From Escherichia coli (GTDB lineage: Bacteria; Pseudomonadota; Gammaproteobacteria; Enterobacterales; Enterobacteriaceae), in the NCBI RefSeq assembly GCF_024502345.1, contig NZ_JALDNN010000001.1: 64,000 bases of DNA; one strand, written 5' to 3'. The position numbers were made by a program, and so were the translations under genes. Shown here one piece after another: positions 26,527 through 37,864 of the stretch. Every line of letters begins with the position of its first letter. Position 1 is the first letter of the stretch. Under the pieces are notes generated by a model. That model made no database searches, was not told the DNA's origin, and saw only the letters and a program-made list of their open reading frames with translations.

Positions 26527-26552
26527 CTCATGCTTCACAGAAGAAGCATGAG
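26527..26552. terminator. Hairpin between convergent ygbI and pphB
   Basis: CTCATGCTTC-ACAGAA-GAAGCATGAG perfect 10-bp stem. Confidence 0.5.
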
Positions 26553-26553
26553 A

Positions 26554-27210
26554 CTACTTTATTTTATAAAATGACAGCCGCCCGCTTTTCGGCGTGCCGG
26601 TATCAATATAAATCTGGTTAGCGAACGTCTGAATGTTATCAAACATCATATGTCCAAATATAAAATAATCAGCGCCGTTTATTTGTTGTAACTCGCCATT
26701 AAGCGATTTCTGCACACGATCAACAGGCCAGAGTAATTCGCTCTCCGCTATTTCTTTACCAAAGAGATATTCACTCCCCGGATAATCTGCATGTGCGATG
26801 ACATATTTTATGTTGTCGTTAGTGATTTCAATAATATGTGGAAGGTGATGGAATTTCAGCAACAGATCTGTAGCTTCTTTTTGCTCTGAATCATTTAAAT
26901 CGAAAAACCAGTCACCACCGCTGGCAAGCCACATATTGCCATCGCCGGTCGCGAACGCATCCAGCGCCATTGCTTCGTGGTTGCCTTTAACGGAGATAAA
27001 CCAGGGCTGGTTTAGCAGGCGCAGGACGTCAAGACTCTCCGGCCCACGATCAATATTATCGCCGACAGAAATAAGTAAGTCGGTTTCAGGGCAAAAAGAG
27101 AGTTGATGTAAGCGGGATTGTAATAATTGATATTCACCATGAATATCACCAACGACCCATATATGGCGATAGTGATGGGCATTAATTTTTTGATAGCGTG
27201 TAGATGGCAT
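26554..27210 (-). CDS. pphB: Serine/threonine protein phosphatase 2 (PPP family)
   Basis: 218 aa with GDIHG...GDNIDRG...GNHE metallophosphatase motifs. Confidence 0.94.
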   Translation of the reverse strand: MPSTRYQKINAHHYRHIWVVGDIHGEYQLLQSRLHQLSFCPETDLLISVGDNIDRGPESLDVLRLLNQPWFISVKGNHEAMALDAFATGDGNMWLASGGDWFFDLNDSEQKEATDLLLKFHHLPHIIEITNDNIKYVIAHADYPGSEYLFGKEIAESELLWPVDRVQKSLNGELQQINGADYFIFGHMMFDNIQTFANQIYIDTGTPKSGRLSFYKIK

Positions 27211-27315
27211 GGTTTTACCCTGTAAAATAAGCTTTCCTATTATACAGGGTGTTTTTATTTTATTCGTCAGTTGTCGTTAATATTCCCGATAGCAAAAGAC
27301 TATCGGGAATTGTTA

Positions 27316-29877
27316 TTACACCAGGCTCTTCAAGCGATAAATCCATTCCAGCGCCTGACGCGGAGTCAGTGAATCCGGGTCCAGGTTTTCCAGAGCTTCG
27401 ACCGCTGGCGAGGTTTCTTCCGGTACTGACAGCAAAGACATTTGCGTACCATCCACTTGCGTAGCGGCGGCGTTCGGCGAAATGCTTTCCAGCTCACGCA
27501 GTTTTTGCCGTGCGCGCTTAATCACCTCTTTTGGCACGCCTGCCAGAGCTGCAACCGCCAGGCCGTAGCTTTTGCTCGCCGCGCCATCCTGCACGCTATG
27601 CATAAAGGCAATGGTGTCTCCGTGCTCCAGCGCATCGAGATGCACGTTGGCGACGCCTTCCATTTTTTCCGGTAACTGGGTCAGCTCGAAATAGTGGGTA
27701 GCAAACAGCGTCAATGCCTTAATCTTATTCGCCAGATTTTCTGCGCACGCCCACGCCAGCGACAGACCATCGTAAGTGGACGTTCCACGCCCGATCTCAT
27801 CCATCAATACCAGACTGTACTCGGTGGCGTTATGTAAAATATTGGCGGTTTCGGTCATCTCCACCATAAAGGTTGAGCGCCCGGACGCCAGGTCATCTGC
27901 CGCGCCTACGCGGGTAAAGATGCGATCGATAGGTCCAATCTCGACTTTTTGTGCCGGTACATAGCTGCCGATGTAGGCCATCAGCGCAATCAGTGCGGTC
28001 TGGCGCATATAGGTACTTTTACCGCCCATGTTCGGACCGGTGATGATCAACATGCGGCGCTGCGGCGACAGATTCAGCGGGTTGGCGATAAATGGCTCAT
28101 TCAGTACTTGTTCAACTACCGGATGGCGACCTTCGGTAATGCGAATGCCCGGTTTATCAATGAAGGTCGGGCAGGTGTAGTTCAGGGTATAGGCCCGTTC
28201 CGCCAGGTTCACCAGCACGTCGAGTTCCGCCAGCGCGCTCGCGCTCTGTTGCAACGCTTCCAGATGCGGCAACAGCAGGTCGAACAACTCTTCATAAAGC
28301 TGTTTTTCCAGTGCCAGTGCTTTGCCTTTTGAGGTGAGAACTTTATCTTCGTACTCTTTTAGCTCTGGAATGATGTAGCGCTCGGCGTTTTTCAGCGTCT
28401 GGCGACGCATGTAGTTGATGGGTGCCAGATGGCTTTGCCCACGGCTGATTTGAATGTAGTAGCCGTGCACCGCATTAAAGCCAACTTTCAGCGTGTCCAG
28501 GCCGGTACGTTCACGCTCGCGGACTTCCAGACGCTCCAGATAATCGGTCGCGCCGTCAGCCAGCGCGCGCCACTCATCCAGCTCTTCGTTATAGCCCGAT
28601 GCGATAACACCACCGTCGCGTACCAGCACCGGCGGTGTGTCGATGATTGCTCGCTCCAGCAGATCGCGCAGCTCGGCAAACTCGCCCATCTTCTCACGTA
28701 GCGCCTGTACCGGTGCACTATCGACAGTTTCTAACTGCGCACGCAGCTCCGGCAGTTGCTGGAAAGCGTGGCTCATACGGGCCAGATCGCGTGGGCGAGC
28801 AGTTCGTAAAGCCAGACGTGCCAGAATACGTTCCAGGTCGCCGACCTGACGCAGTACCGGCTGTAGCCCGGCGGTGAAATCCTGCAATGCGCCAATAGTT
28901 TGCTGGCGCTCAAGCAACACGCGGGTATCGCGCACTGGCATATGCAGCCAGCGTTTCAGCATACGGCTGCCCATCGGCGTGACGGTGCAGTCGAGCACAG
29001 AAGCCAGCGTATTTTCCGCACCACTCGCCAGGTTCTGGGTGATTTCCAGATTACGACGCGTCGCGGCATCCATAATGATGCTGTCCTGCTCACGTTCCAT
29101 GGTGATGGAACGAATATGCGGCAGAGTCGTACGTTGGGTATCTTTCGCATACTGCAACAGACAACCGGCAGCACAAAGTCCGCGCGGCGCGTTCTCGACG
29201 CCAAAACCGACCAGATCGCGAGTGCCAAATTGTAGATTCAACTGCTGGCGCGCGGTGTCGATTTCAAACTCCCACAGCGGGCGACGGCGCAGGCCGCGAC
29301 GGCCTTCAATTAACGACATTTCAGCAAAATCTTCTGCATACAGCAGTTCCGCAGGATTAGTGCGTTGCAGTTCTGCCGCCATCGTTTCCCGGTCAGCCGG
29401 TTCGCTCAGGCGAAAACGACCGGAACTGATATCCAGCGTCGCGTAGCCGAAACCTTTGCTGTCCTGCCAGATAGCCGCCAGCAGGTTGTCCTGACGCTCC
29501 TGCAACAGGGCTTCATCGCTGATGGTGCCTGGCGTAACGATACGCACAACTTTGCGCTCAACCGGACCTTTGCTGGTCGCCGGATCGCCAATTTGTTCGC
29601 AGATGGCAACGGACTCGCCCTGATTCACCAGTTTGGCGAGGTAGTTTTCCACCGCATGGTAGGGAATCCCCGCCATCGGGATCGGCTCTCCCGCCGAAGC
29701 ACCGCGTTTGGTCAGTGAAATATCCAGCAGTTGCGACGCGCGTTTTGCGTCGTCATAAAACAGTTCATAAAAATCACCCATCCGGTAAAACAGCAGGATC
29801 TCGGGATGCTGGGCTTTCAGCTTGAGATACTGCTGCATCATGGGGGTGTGCGAGTCTAAATTTTCTATTATACTCAT
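27316..29877 (-). CDS. mutS: DNA mismatch repair protein MutS
   Basis: 853 aa, full length, with Walker [10 protein letters not shown]. Confidence 0.98.
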   Translation of the reverse strand: MSIIENLDSHTPMMQQYLKLKAQHPEILLFYRMGDFYELFYDDAKRASQLLDISLTKRGASAGEPIPMAGIPYHAVENYLAKLVNQGESVAICEQIGDPATSKGPVERKVVRIVTPGTISDEALLQERQDNLLAAIWQDSKGFGYATLDISSGRFRLSEPADRETMAAELQRTNPAELLYAEDFAEMSLIEGRRGLRRRPLWEFEIDTARQQLNLQFGTRDLVGFGVENAPRGLCAAGCLLQYAKDTQRTTLPHIRSITMEREQDSIIMDAATRRNLEITQNLASGAENTLASVLDCTVTPMGSRMLKRWLHMPVRDTRVLLERQQTIGALQDFTAGLQPVLRQVGDLERILARLALRTARPRDLARMSHAFQQLPELRAQLETVDSAPVQALREKMGEFAELRDLLERAIIDTPPVLVRDGGVIASGYNEELDEWRALADGATDYLERLEVRERERTGLDTLKVGFNAVHGYYIQISRGQSHLAPINYMRRQTLKNAERYIIPELKEYEDKVLTSKGKALALEKQLYEELFDLLLPHLEALQQSASALAELDVLVNLAERAYTLNYTCPTFIDKPGIRITEGRHPVVEQVLNEPFIANPLNLSPQRRMLIITGPNMGGKSTYMRQTALIALMAYIGSYVPAQKVEIGPIDRIFTRVGAADDLASGRSTFMVEMTETANILHNATEYSLVLMDEIGRGTSTYDGLSLAWACAENLANKIKALTLFATHYFELTQLPEKMEGVANVHLDALEHGDTIAFMHSVQDGAASKSYGLAVAALAGVPKEVIKRARQKLRELESISPNAAATQVDGTQMSLLSVPEETSPAVEALENLDPDSLTPRQALEWIYRLKSLV

Positions 29878-29983
29878 CGGCTTGTGATGTCCATTCTCTT
29901 AATTTTTAATGAGTTAGTGGTTTTTATGGTTATCATTATGTTTCACGTTGTCTCATCGAATATCATGAAATCCTACATTTAAA

Positions 29984-29999
29984 TGTAGGTTAAAGTGTA
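29984..29999. repeat. Left copy of the island-flanking direct repeat (candidate attL core), TGTAGGTTAAAGTGTA
   Basis: It matches 50655-50670 at 15 of 16 positions. It lies 107 bp upstream of the mutS ATG and ~95 bp upstream of the integrase start. It is part of a local palindrome, CCTACATTTAAATGTAGG. Confidence 0.55.
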
Positions 30000-30094
30000 G
30001 CTTGCCAACCTATAGCTTGGTAAAATATGGGCACATACAGCACAACCTATATTTATGTTCATGACTGCATAAGGTGCATGATAACGGAGTCTTT

Positions 30095-31375
30095 ATGGCA
30101 GGAAAACAAGAGGGAAAGCCACTTTCGTTTAAAGGGGTAGAAATGATGAAGCCAGGCGATAAAGATAAGGCTGATGTAGGCGAAAATCGTGGCTTACGTG
30201 TCTCCTGTGGTGCAACTGGTGTTAAGTCTTTTTTCTACCGTTACACAAGTCCTCTGACTGGCAAACTTGCTCAGGTTAAAATTGGTAACTTCCCGCAGAC
30301 TTCTCTCGCCGCTGCACGTCTTAAACTTCATGAATTAAAGCTCCTCCGGCAGGAAGGTCGGTGCCCTGCGTCAGAGCTTAAGCAAGATAAGCTCCAGCGT
30401 GCGATTGAAGCTGAACAGGCTAAGATCCCTGAATTGACCGTACAGGGATTAGTTGAACTGTATCTTACTGAACGTATTGAGGATCGTAAAACGAAGGACG
30501 GGAAGGTCATTCCCGGTGCCAGAAAACCGAAAGGACAGGCTGAGGTTCGTCGTACTCTCTATGGTGACGCTGTTAAAAGTTTAGGAACCCGGAATGCTGC
30601 TGAGATAACGCGCCAGGATGTTATTAATTTAATCAATGGCATTGTAGCTCGGGGCGCAACCGTACAGGCAGGGAATGTACTGAGAGAACTTTCACTCGCA
30701 TATGAATTTGCAATTGGACTTGGGCGCTTTGATGACAGTTTTGCGAATCCAGCGCTGTTAGCAAAATCTAGCTTACGACAGACCAGAATCAAGCTCACAA
30801 ATGGACGTGGAACACGAGTACTGAGTGAGGACGAGCTTGCAAAATTCCTTAAATGGCTACCGGGTTCGGCTTACACGCCAACGATCAAAAACGTGTTACG
30901 TCTGACTCTCTGGACCGGGTGTCGTACCGGTGAAGTCTGCAATATGGCATGGAAGGATGTTGATCTTGAAAAAGGCACCATTCATCTTAGAGAAACCAAG
31001 ACTGGAGTAGAGCGTTACGTTCAGTTATCGGATCAAGCGATCGACTTTCTCAAGGTTCTACGCCTTACCTCTGACAAATATCTATTCCCTTCACAAGCCA
31101 CTAAAAAGCCAATCCAGCAGAAGTATCTAACTGAAAACTCATGGCGTTTACGTGAAAGCGGTCAAATGCTTGATATACCTCATTGGACGCCGCATGATCT
31201 GCGTCGTACAGTACGAACGGGCTTATCTCGTTTGCAGTGTCCAAATGAGGTGGCTGAGGCCGTATTGGGGCATACACGAGGCGGTGTTGAAGGGATTTAT
31301 AATCTGTATAAGTATGATGCTGAGTGTAGGAAGTGGTTGCAGGTGTGGGCGGATTATTTAGATACTTTAACGTAA
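30095..31375 (+). CDS. int: Tyrosine site-specific integrase, P4-like (N-terminal DUF4102-type arm-binding domain)
   Basis: The ATG at 30095 has a GGAG SD. The N-terminus reads GLRVSCGATGVKSFFYRY. Catalytic residues are GCRTGE (R), HDLRRT (HxxR) and GH...Y. Confidence 0.9.
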   Translation: MAGKQEGKPLSFKGVEMMKPGDKDKADVGENRGLRVSCGATGVKSFFYRYTSPLTGKLAQVKIGNFPQTSLAAARLKLHELKLLRQEGRCPASELKQDKLQRAIEAEQAKIPELTVQGLVELYLTERIEDRKTKDGKVIPGARKPKGQAEVRRTLYGDAVKSLGTRNAAEITRQDVINLINGIVARGATVQAGNVLRELSLAYEFAIGLGRFDDSFANPALLAKSSLRQTRIKLTNGRGTRVLSEDELAKFLKWLPGSAYTPTIKNVLRLTLWTGCRTGEVCNMAWKDVDLEKGTIHLRETKTGVERYVQLSDQAIDFLKVLRLTSDKYLFPSQATKKPIQQKYLTENSWRLRESGQMLDIPHWTPHDLRRTVRTGLSRLQCPNEVAEAVLGHTRGGVEGIYNLYKYDAECRKWLQVWADYLDTLT

Positions 31376-32161
31376 TTTGCCAATTAGATGTCCAATCATT
31401 TCGTTACATCAAAGTTGTGCTTAATTTTTATTTTATAAGGATAATATGGATATTTTTTCTGGAGAATCAATTCTTTCCCAAGTCCCTGATGTCAATCATT
31501 GGTTAGCTTCTTACGGCTTGAATTCAACTACATCAAGATATAGCAGATATATCTCTTATATTGATGCTTTTTTTGAGTCGAAAGATCCCACCTCATCTGA
31601 TGGAAGAGACAAATTTGATTTATTAACCAAGTCGTATGCAGAAATTATAGAAATAGTCAGCGTTAAAAAAGCGTTTGAACATGAAAGAAGCCCCGGATTT
31701 ATTGAGCGTTTAAGTAAGGTTGTTTCTGGAGTTGATCATGTTGGTATTAAAGAACCCAGTGAGCCAAGGAATTTTCTCTACGAATTACTTATGGCTGCCC
31801 GGCTAAAAAATGCTGGCTTTATTATTGATTTTGACCAAGGAACTGATGTTGTCGCATATGGATTTGGTCGTGCTATTTTCGTTGAATGTAAACGCACAAC
31901 ATCAATAAGAGGGTTCGAATCTAATTTCATTAAAGGTGGAAAGCAATTAGAGAGAAAGTTTAAGAGTACGAAACTTCCCCATTTTATGATTCGGGGATTT
32001 ATTGCTATCGATGTTTTACCATATGTATTGAACGATATTCCTAAATTTGAAATAGATAATGAAATGGAAGCTCGCATTTGTGCCAGGATAGTGATGGAAC
32101 GTTTTAAGCAAGATGCAAGTAGGCATATTAATAAGTATATATCACGTTATGAAAATGTTAG

Positions 32162-33356
<1,195 letters not shown>

Positions 33357-33775
33357 TTAGTGCAGGGGTGGTGATAATGGCGATGATACCTGTTTGGTTG
33401 CGTGATGTTATATTACTTCATGTTAATGAAATAGCTCATGTAATTCCTCCATCAACTAACACAGAAGATGTAGGTGAAGTCATATTTTTAGCCGAGAAGT
33501 TAAGCTATCCGCTACTTCCTGATTTTTAGTGTGAGTTAAAAGTTGATAGATCAAAAGTGTGTTTTTTTAGATTATATACTTGGATCCAAGCAGTGCTAAG
33601 GTTATTTCCTTAGCTCACTCATAACTAAATAGATATTTAGCTAGGGGGGACGATCAAACGTTAGCTCCTAGCTCATAACGGACGAACTGAGATATTTGTG
33701 CCCTGTAGAAGAGCACATCGACAGATAAAATTTCGACTGATACGGGGTTCGCTAACTGATGCCAGACAGGGCCAC

Positions 33776-34105
33776 TCAGTTCTTTTTCCCGGCCAGCATA
33801 TCAATCATCATGGGATAAATCTTTTCGCACTTCATGCCCGGATTCTGTACTGCGAAACTCCACCCCTCGTCCATCGCCGCAGCAACCTCTGTTGTTGAGG
33901 CTATGGGCCAATCGCTCACGGTGTCGTAGACTTTACTGATAGCCTTGTTCTTATCCATGCCGGTGTGTTGCTGCTGGCACATTCTGACCATTACTTCTGC
34001 GGCCTGAGCAGGCTGGCTTGCCGGGTAAGCAGCCAGCGCCGGGGCGGATGTCGTTGTGATGAGCAGTGCGGTAATAATATGCTTCTTTATTGTGTTACCC
34101 TTCAT
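33776..34105 (-). CDS. Small exported protein of unknown function
   Basis: 109 aa with a predicted signal peptide (KKHIITALLITTTSAPALA-AY). Its start overlaps the upstream stop (ATGA). Confidence 0.5.
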   Translation of the reverse strand: MKGNTIKKHIITALLITTTSAPALAAYPASQPAQAAEVMVRMCQQQHTGMDKNKAISKVYDTVSDWPIASTTEVAAAMDEGWSFAVQNPGMKCEKIYPMMIDMLAGKKN

Positions 34106-34620
34106 TGAACCTGAATGCCCTGAACCGGGCTATTGTCCCATGTCATCGGTCGGTCTTCCGGAATTGCCGGGGCACTGTTAGTGGCCGGTTTATCAACAAC
34201 AGGTTTCGCGCTGGCGGGAAGGTCATCTGGTGAAATAACTCGGGTTATCACACCCATCTTCTCACCAACAGCGGAGTTCATCTGATCGCAGAGGGTTTTT
34301 ATCTGGAGCCGGATACCGCTCTGGTTTATTCCTTCGCTTTTGAATTGCTGCTCAAGAATAAAGCGGTCCTGAAGGGAATGGTAATAGTTAATATTGTCCT
34401 TCGTTAATATCATGATGTTGCCGGTATTATCCTGATAGCGATTGCTGCGGATAAGTTTATCCAGTGCGGTTAAAGCCTCATCGCCAGTGTAACCATACTG
34501 GTGGCAGGTATTCAGGGTGGCATAAGCCTCATACAGCCCCTGCAAATTTTCTGCGGGGAGTGTTTTTGCCCCGGCACAACCTGAAAATGCCAGAAGCAAC
34601 ATAGCAGCGGTTTTCCTCAT
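34102..34620 (-). CDS. Predicted lipoprotein of unknown function
   Basis: 172 aa with a signal peptide and lipobox (LLLAFSG-C). It is translationally coupled to the next gene. Confidence 0.55.
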   Translation of the reverse strand: MRKTAAMLLLAFSGCAGAKTLPAENLQGLYEAYATLNTCHQYGYTGDEALTALDKLIRSNRYQDNTGNIMILTKDNINYYHSLQDRFILEQQFKSEGINQSGIRLQIKTLCDQMNSAVGEKMGVITRVISPDDLPASAKPVVDKPATNSAPAIPEDRPMTWDNSPVQGIQVQ

Positions 34621-34672
34621 TTTAGGTAGTCTCCTTTCATTGACGTTTCATCATCCGTCATGCGCGTTACAG

Positions 34673-35200
34673 TTAACGGATGCGGATATTTCTGGTGATT
34701 TTTCCATGTGTCAACGGGCTGCGTTTTTCCACAAAGAAATACGCGACATTGAACGCGGATTTGCGATGGTTGCCCCGGCCCAGAGAAGGCCAGCTCCTGA
34801 AGGACTCAATTTGTTCTTCGGTATAGGGTGTGTCAGAAAAATCGAACAGTACAAGCAGGGCTTTGCCGTCATACTTCATCAGTTTCTTCACCTCCGTGCT
34901 GTTGACGGAGGCTGACAGCGCAGAACGGGCAGCTCCCGGCTTACGGACGGCGAACTCTACAGCCACATCGTCAATGACGAAATCAATGTAGCCATGTCCG
35001 GACAAACTGCCCGGTAGTTTTCCCCTAACCTCAGGTGAGAGGCTGTCAGCAAACCAGCCCAGTAGGTAGCAACGCACCAGCGGTAATAGCTCCCGCTCAT
35101 TGCATTCGTTAAGGCGCAGGGTTTTGACAAATGCTTTCCGGTAAAGGGAACTAAAAAGGTACTCAAAGCATTCCGTTACTTCAGTAATAGTGGTCGCCAC
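34673..35200 (-). CDS. Hypothetical cytoplasmic protein (possible degenerate nuclease-like fold)
   Basis: 175-aa ORF starting 12 bp downstream of the ner-like gene. It contains GYIDFVIDDVAVEFAVRK, which resembles a PD-(D/E)xK strand pair but lacks a clean ExK. Confidence 0.45.
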   Translation of the reverse strand: MATTITEVTECFEYLFSSLYRKAFVKTLRLNECNERELLPLVRCYLLGWFADSLSPEVRGKLPGSLSGHGYIDFVIDDVAVEFAVRKPGAARSALSASVNSTEVKKLMKYDGKALLVLFDFSDTPYTEEQIESFRSWPSLGRGNHRKSAFNVAYFFVEKRSPLTHGKITRNIRIR

Positions 35201-35212
35201 TCTATGCTCCCT

Positions 35213-35491
35213 TCAGCTTTCCTTTTTGACAGACCTGCCTGCGTAGCGCTCAGGCCAGATAGTTTCGGGCGTGGTATCCAGTGCCTCAGCAATAATCTTT
35301 TCTGCCCGTGGATAGTGGCGCTCAAAAGCGTTACTCAGTGTCCTTGAGGCCAGCCCGTGATGCCGGGAGAGAGCAGACAGGGAAAGTCCCCGCTTGTGCA
35401 GGGCGGCGACAATATCAGCCCGGTGCCAGTTAACAGCACTTCCCTTACTTCGCTTTTTTTGCGAATCTGTTGAGTTACTCAATGTATTCAC
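35213..35491 (-). CDS. Ner/Nlp-family HTH DNA-binding protein
   Basis: 92 aa. WHRADIVAALHKRGLSLSALSRHHGLASRTLSNAFERHYPRAEKIIAEAL closely resembles phage Mu Ner and E. coli Nlp (SfsB). Confidence 0.8.
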   Translation of the reverse strand: MNTLSNSTDSQKKRSKGSAVNWHRADIVAALHKRGLSLSALSRHHGLASRTLSNAFERHYPRAEKIIAEALDTTPETIWPERYAGRSVKKES

Positions 35492-35603
35492 TCCGGGTTG
35501 TTAGTACTGGAGATATTAAAAGCGAACAAAGGGAAGTTATCAAGTTCCTTTTGTGGTTATTTGCGCTCATTTAACTAACGCTTTGATAAGAGGTGAAATT
35601 TTT

Positions 35604-35984
35604 ATGGGCAGTGAACAGATGACTGACCCCTGCGTTACCGGAATGACGGAGAGTGGGGGGTGGCTTACAGCAGAGCAGTTTGCCGGAATGGAAGGGATGC
35701 CGGGCACAGCGAAAGGGGCGCGACTACGTCTGGAAAAGCTCACTGCTCTGCACCCGGAAATCCGCCGCAAACGCACCAGTGGGAAGGGGTTTCTGTACCA
35801 TATCAGCGCGGCAGGGATGGCACTGAAAAGTGAGCGGGATGCGACAGATACCTCAGCAGACGAGCAGCTCAACCTCTGGATACAGCTGTTTCGCACAATG
35901 AAACCGGCCTCCAGGGATAAACTTTTGCAGCAGGCTCTGGCTCAGGTTGCGAGGGACCTGACTAAAGGAGACGTTAACCAGTAA
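35604..35984 (+). CDS. Mu repressor (Repc)/MuA N-terminal-like winged-helix DNA-binding protein
   Basis: The ATG at 35604 has a GAGGTG SD. GGWLTAEQFAGMEGMPGTAKGARLRLEKL...RKRTSGKGFLYHISA follows the pattern of the Mu-type DNA-binding domain. It is divergent from the ner-like gene, as in the Mu c/ner switch. Confidence 0.5.
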   Translation: MGSEQMTDPCVTGMTESGGWLTAEQFAGMEGMPGTAKGARLRLEKLTALHPEIRRKRTSGKGFLYHISAAGMALKSERDATDTSADEQLNLWIQLFRTMKPASRDKLLQQALAQVARDLTKGDVNQ

Positions 35985-36148
35985 CAAGTGATAGATACTC
36001 TGGTTGCGCTGGAAGTGATAATAGGAATCATTTGCTTTAACAGTTTGATTTTGCTATAATTAATACAGTGGCAGTCATTGCGTACTCAGCCACTGTATTA
36101 ACCCATCCTGGCTTGTTCACAGCCATCACTTTTCCTGGAATAGCAACA

Positions 36149-36691
36149 ATGACACTTCCCCGAGACGTTCATGCGTCCCGTCAGGGCCAGCATGACTACT
36201 TATGTGGCATCTACAGCTTGATTAACACCCTCAGTTACCTTTATGACGGCAGAGTACGGCGAGAAAAATTAATGTACCGCCTGCTTAGCAGCTATAAGCG
36301 ACGATGGGATTTATTTGATCTCCTGACGCTCGGTCTGGACGAGGAACAAATGGACCACCTGATTGGTGATGTTCTCCTGAAAGGGCATTACGCCCGGCAT
36401 TATCCCCTGAATTTTCATACCCCCTTCCGTTACCGCTCCCTGCGCAGCCGACAGATACTCAGCGACATCAGCGACTGGCTGGCGTTGCCGGAGAACCAGG
36501 CGCAGCGCGTGGTGATTCTGGGCACATCCTGGCACTGGTCTGTGGTAGTCCGTACCGATGCTACCCGGCTGTTCCTGTTTGACAGCTTGGGAATACGCAG
36601 CCAGCGCAGGGATACGTTCTCCGTACAGCCGGAGCTGAAGCGCCACACGCTGCTGCCGGACGCCATCTATTTCGTCGAACGTGAGTTCTGA
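36149..36691 (+). CDS. Hypothetical protein with papain-like cysteine-peptidase signature (Q...C...H...D)
   Basis: QGQHDYLCGIYSLIN (Gln/Cys) and GTSWHWSVVVRTDATRLFLFDS (His/Asp) occur in the order expected for C39-like peptidases. The start is uncertain (track ORF from 36068). It overlaps the radC region. Confidence 0.4.
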   Translation: MTLPRDVHASRQGQHDYLCGIYSLINTLSYLYDGRVRREKLMYRLLSSYKRRWDLFDLLTLGLDEEQMDHLIGDVLLKGHYARHYPLNFHTPFRYRSLRSRQILSDISDWLALPENQAQRVVILGTSWHWSVVVRTDATRLFLFDSLGIRSQRRDTFSVQPELKRHTLLPDAIYFVEREF

Positions 36692-36713
36692 CCCCTGCAG
36701 AAGGAGACTGACC

Positions 36714-37202
36714 ATGACTTTTACCGCCTGCGACCAGAGCGGTTTTTACCGGACCACCGGGCCGGTGTCCCGCGAGGATATTATCCGCTTTGCCCATACG
36801 CTGCTCTCCCGCCGGTTTCGCAATCGCCGAAAAATTACGTCCTCTAATGATGTTCACCAGTGGCTGGTGCTGAAGCTGGCAGAGGACACCCGGGAGAGCT
36901 TCGGAATGATACTGCTCTCGCAGCAGCACCATCTTCTGGGCTACCACATCCTGTTCACCGGGACGCTGAACCAGACCATGGTTTACCCCCGCGAAATTGT
37001 CGCTCTGGCGCTGACGCATCATGCAGCCGCAGTGATACTGGTCCATAACCACCCAAGCGGTGAGCCTGAGCCGAGCCAGGCCGATAAACTCATTACCCAA
37101 AAAATTACCGATGCGCTTTCACTCCTTGATATCCGCGTCGTGGACCACCTTATTGTGGGTGGTGACGATGCTTACTCCTTTGCAGAACACGGCCTGCTCT
37201 GA
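36714..37202 (+). CDS. radC: RadC-like JAB/MPN domain protein
   Basis: The ATG at 36714 has an AAGGAG SD. It carries the JAMM motif E...HNHPSGEPEPSQAD, with size and layout like E. coli YeeS/YkfG/YfjY. Confidence 0.85.
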   Translation: MTFTACDQSGFYRTTGPVSREDIIRFAHTLLSRRFRNRRKITSSNDVHQWLVLKLAEDTRESFGMILLSQQHHLLGYHILFTGTLNQTMVYPREIVALALTHHAAAVILVHNHPSGEPEPSQADKLITQKITDALSLLDIRVVDHLIVGGDDAYSFAEHGLL

Positions 37203-37289
37203 GTGACCTGGTTTAATACACATTAACCACGGTAATCCACGTTCGCCTTATCCCTTCATTTTTAAACTGTAAATACTGAGGTTTTAACC

Positions 37290-37721
37290 ATGAACATCAA
37301 TGCCGTTATTCAGCCGGCAGGCTTTGTGCTGCCTGTCAGTCTGCAGCTGTTCGACATGCTGATGGTAGAAGCAGGCGAAAAAACCGCTAGTAAACATCGC
37401 ATTACCGCCGTTACGCTCAATTTCCGGGACCCGAACTACAGCGCGGAGCGGGGCGGCTATCACCCGGTGGAAATTCGGCTGGTTCACCAGGGGGATGAAT
37501 GGTGCCTGGACTACGCCACCGATTTTGGCTATGTCGGCAACGCTTACCCCGAGCTTGAGAAAATCATCGATATCAGTTGGTCGCAGGGCTACGTCTGGCA
37601 CTGCCGTACAGGGGATTTGTCCCCGTCTGAGGCGCGGGCGCTCTACACCCTGTGGGAGCGCAACTTCCTGAGCTATCACGCCAGTGGGGTCTACATCACC
37701 CGAGTGCTGTGGGAAAGCTGA
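37290..37721 (+). CDS. DUF2787-like protein
   Basis: 143 aa. The block FRDPNYSAERGGYHPVEIRL is what I recall for DUF2787, which is commonly next to radC in integrative elements. Confidence 0.5.
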   Translation: MNINAVIQPAGFVLPVSLQLFDMLMVEAGEKTASKHRITAVTLNFRDPNYSAERGGYHPVEIRLVHQGDEWCLDYATDFGYVGNAYPELEKIIDISWSQGYVWHCRTGDLSPSEARALYTLWERNFLSYHASGVYITRVLWES

Positions 37722-37864
37722 ACTACTGACCTGAGCTGCCGGGCGCACCGGTAAACATCCGTTCTCCCTTCTGGCGGGCGGGTTTCCATAAGCGCGGCTC
37801 GGGTTGCCGTTCATGTTCGCGCCCTCTTTTCAATACCATTCACATTACCCACGAGAATACTGTC

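Noticed and set aside
29880-30094. I looked for a tRNA, tmRNA or other small-RNA gene as the integration target for the P4-type integrase, at this edge and at 50560-51050.
   Set aside because: I saw no cloverleaf-compatible sequence or conserved T-loop (GTTCGAATC-like) motif. The insertion appears to be intergenic.
33529-33548. A third att-like sequence, TGTGAGTTAAAAGTTGATAG, just after the disrupted nuclease gene. It could split the island into a 3.5-kb element and a 17-kb element.
   Set aside because: It matches the TGTAGGTTAAARTGTA core at only about 11 of 16 positions. That is too weak to call without comparative data.
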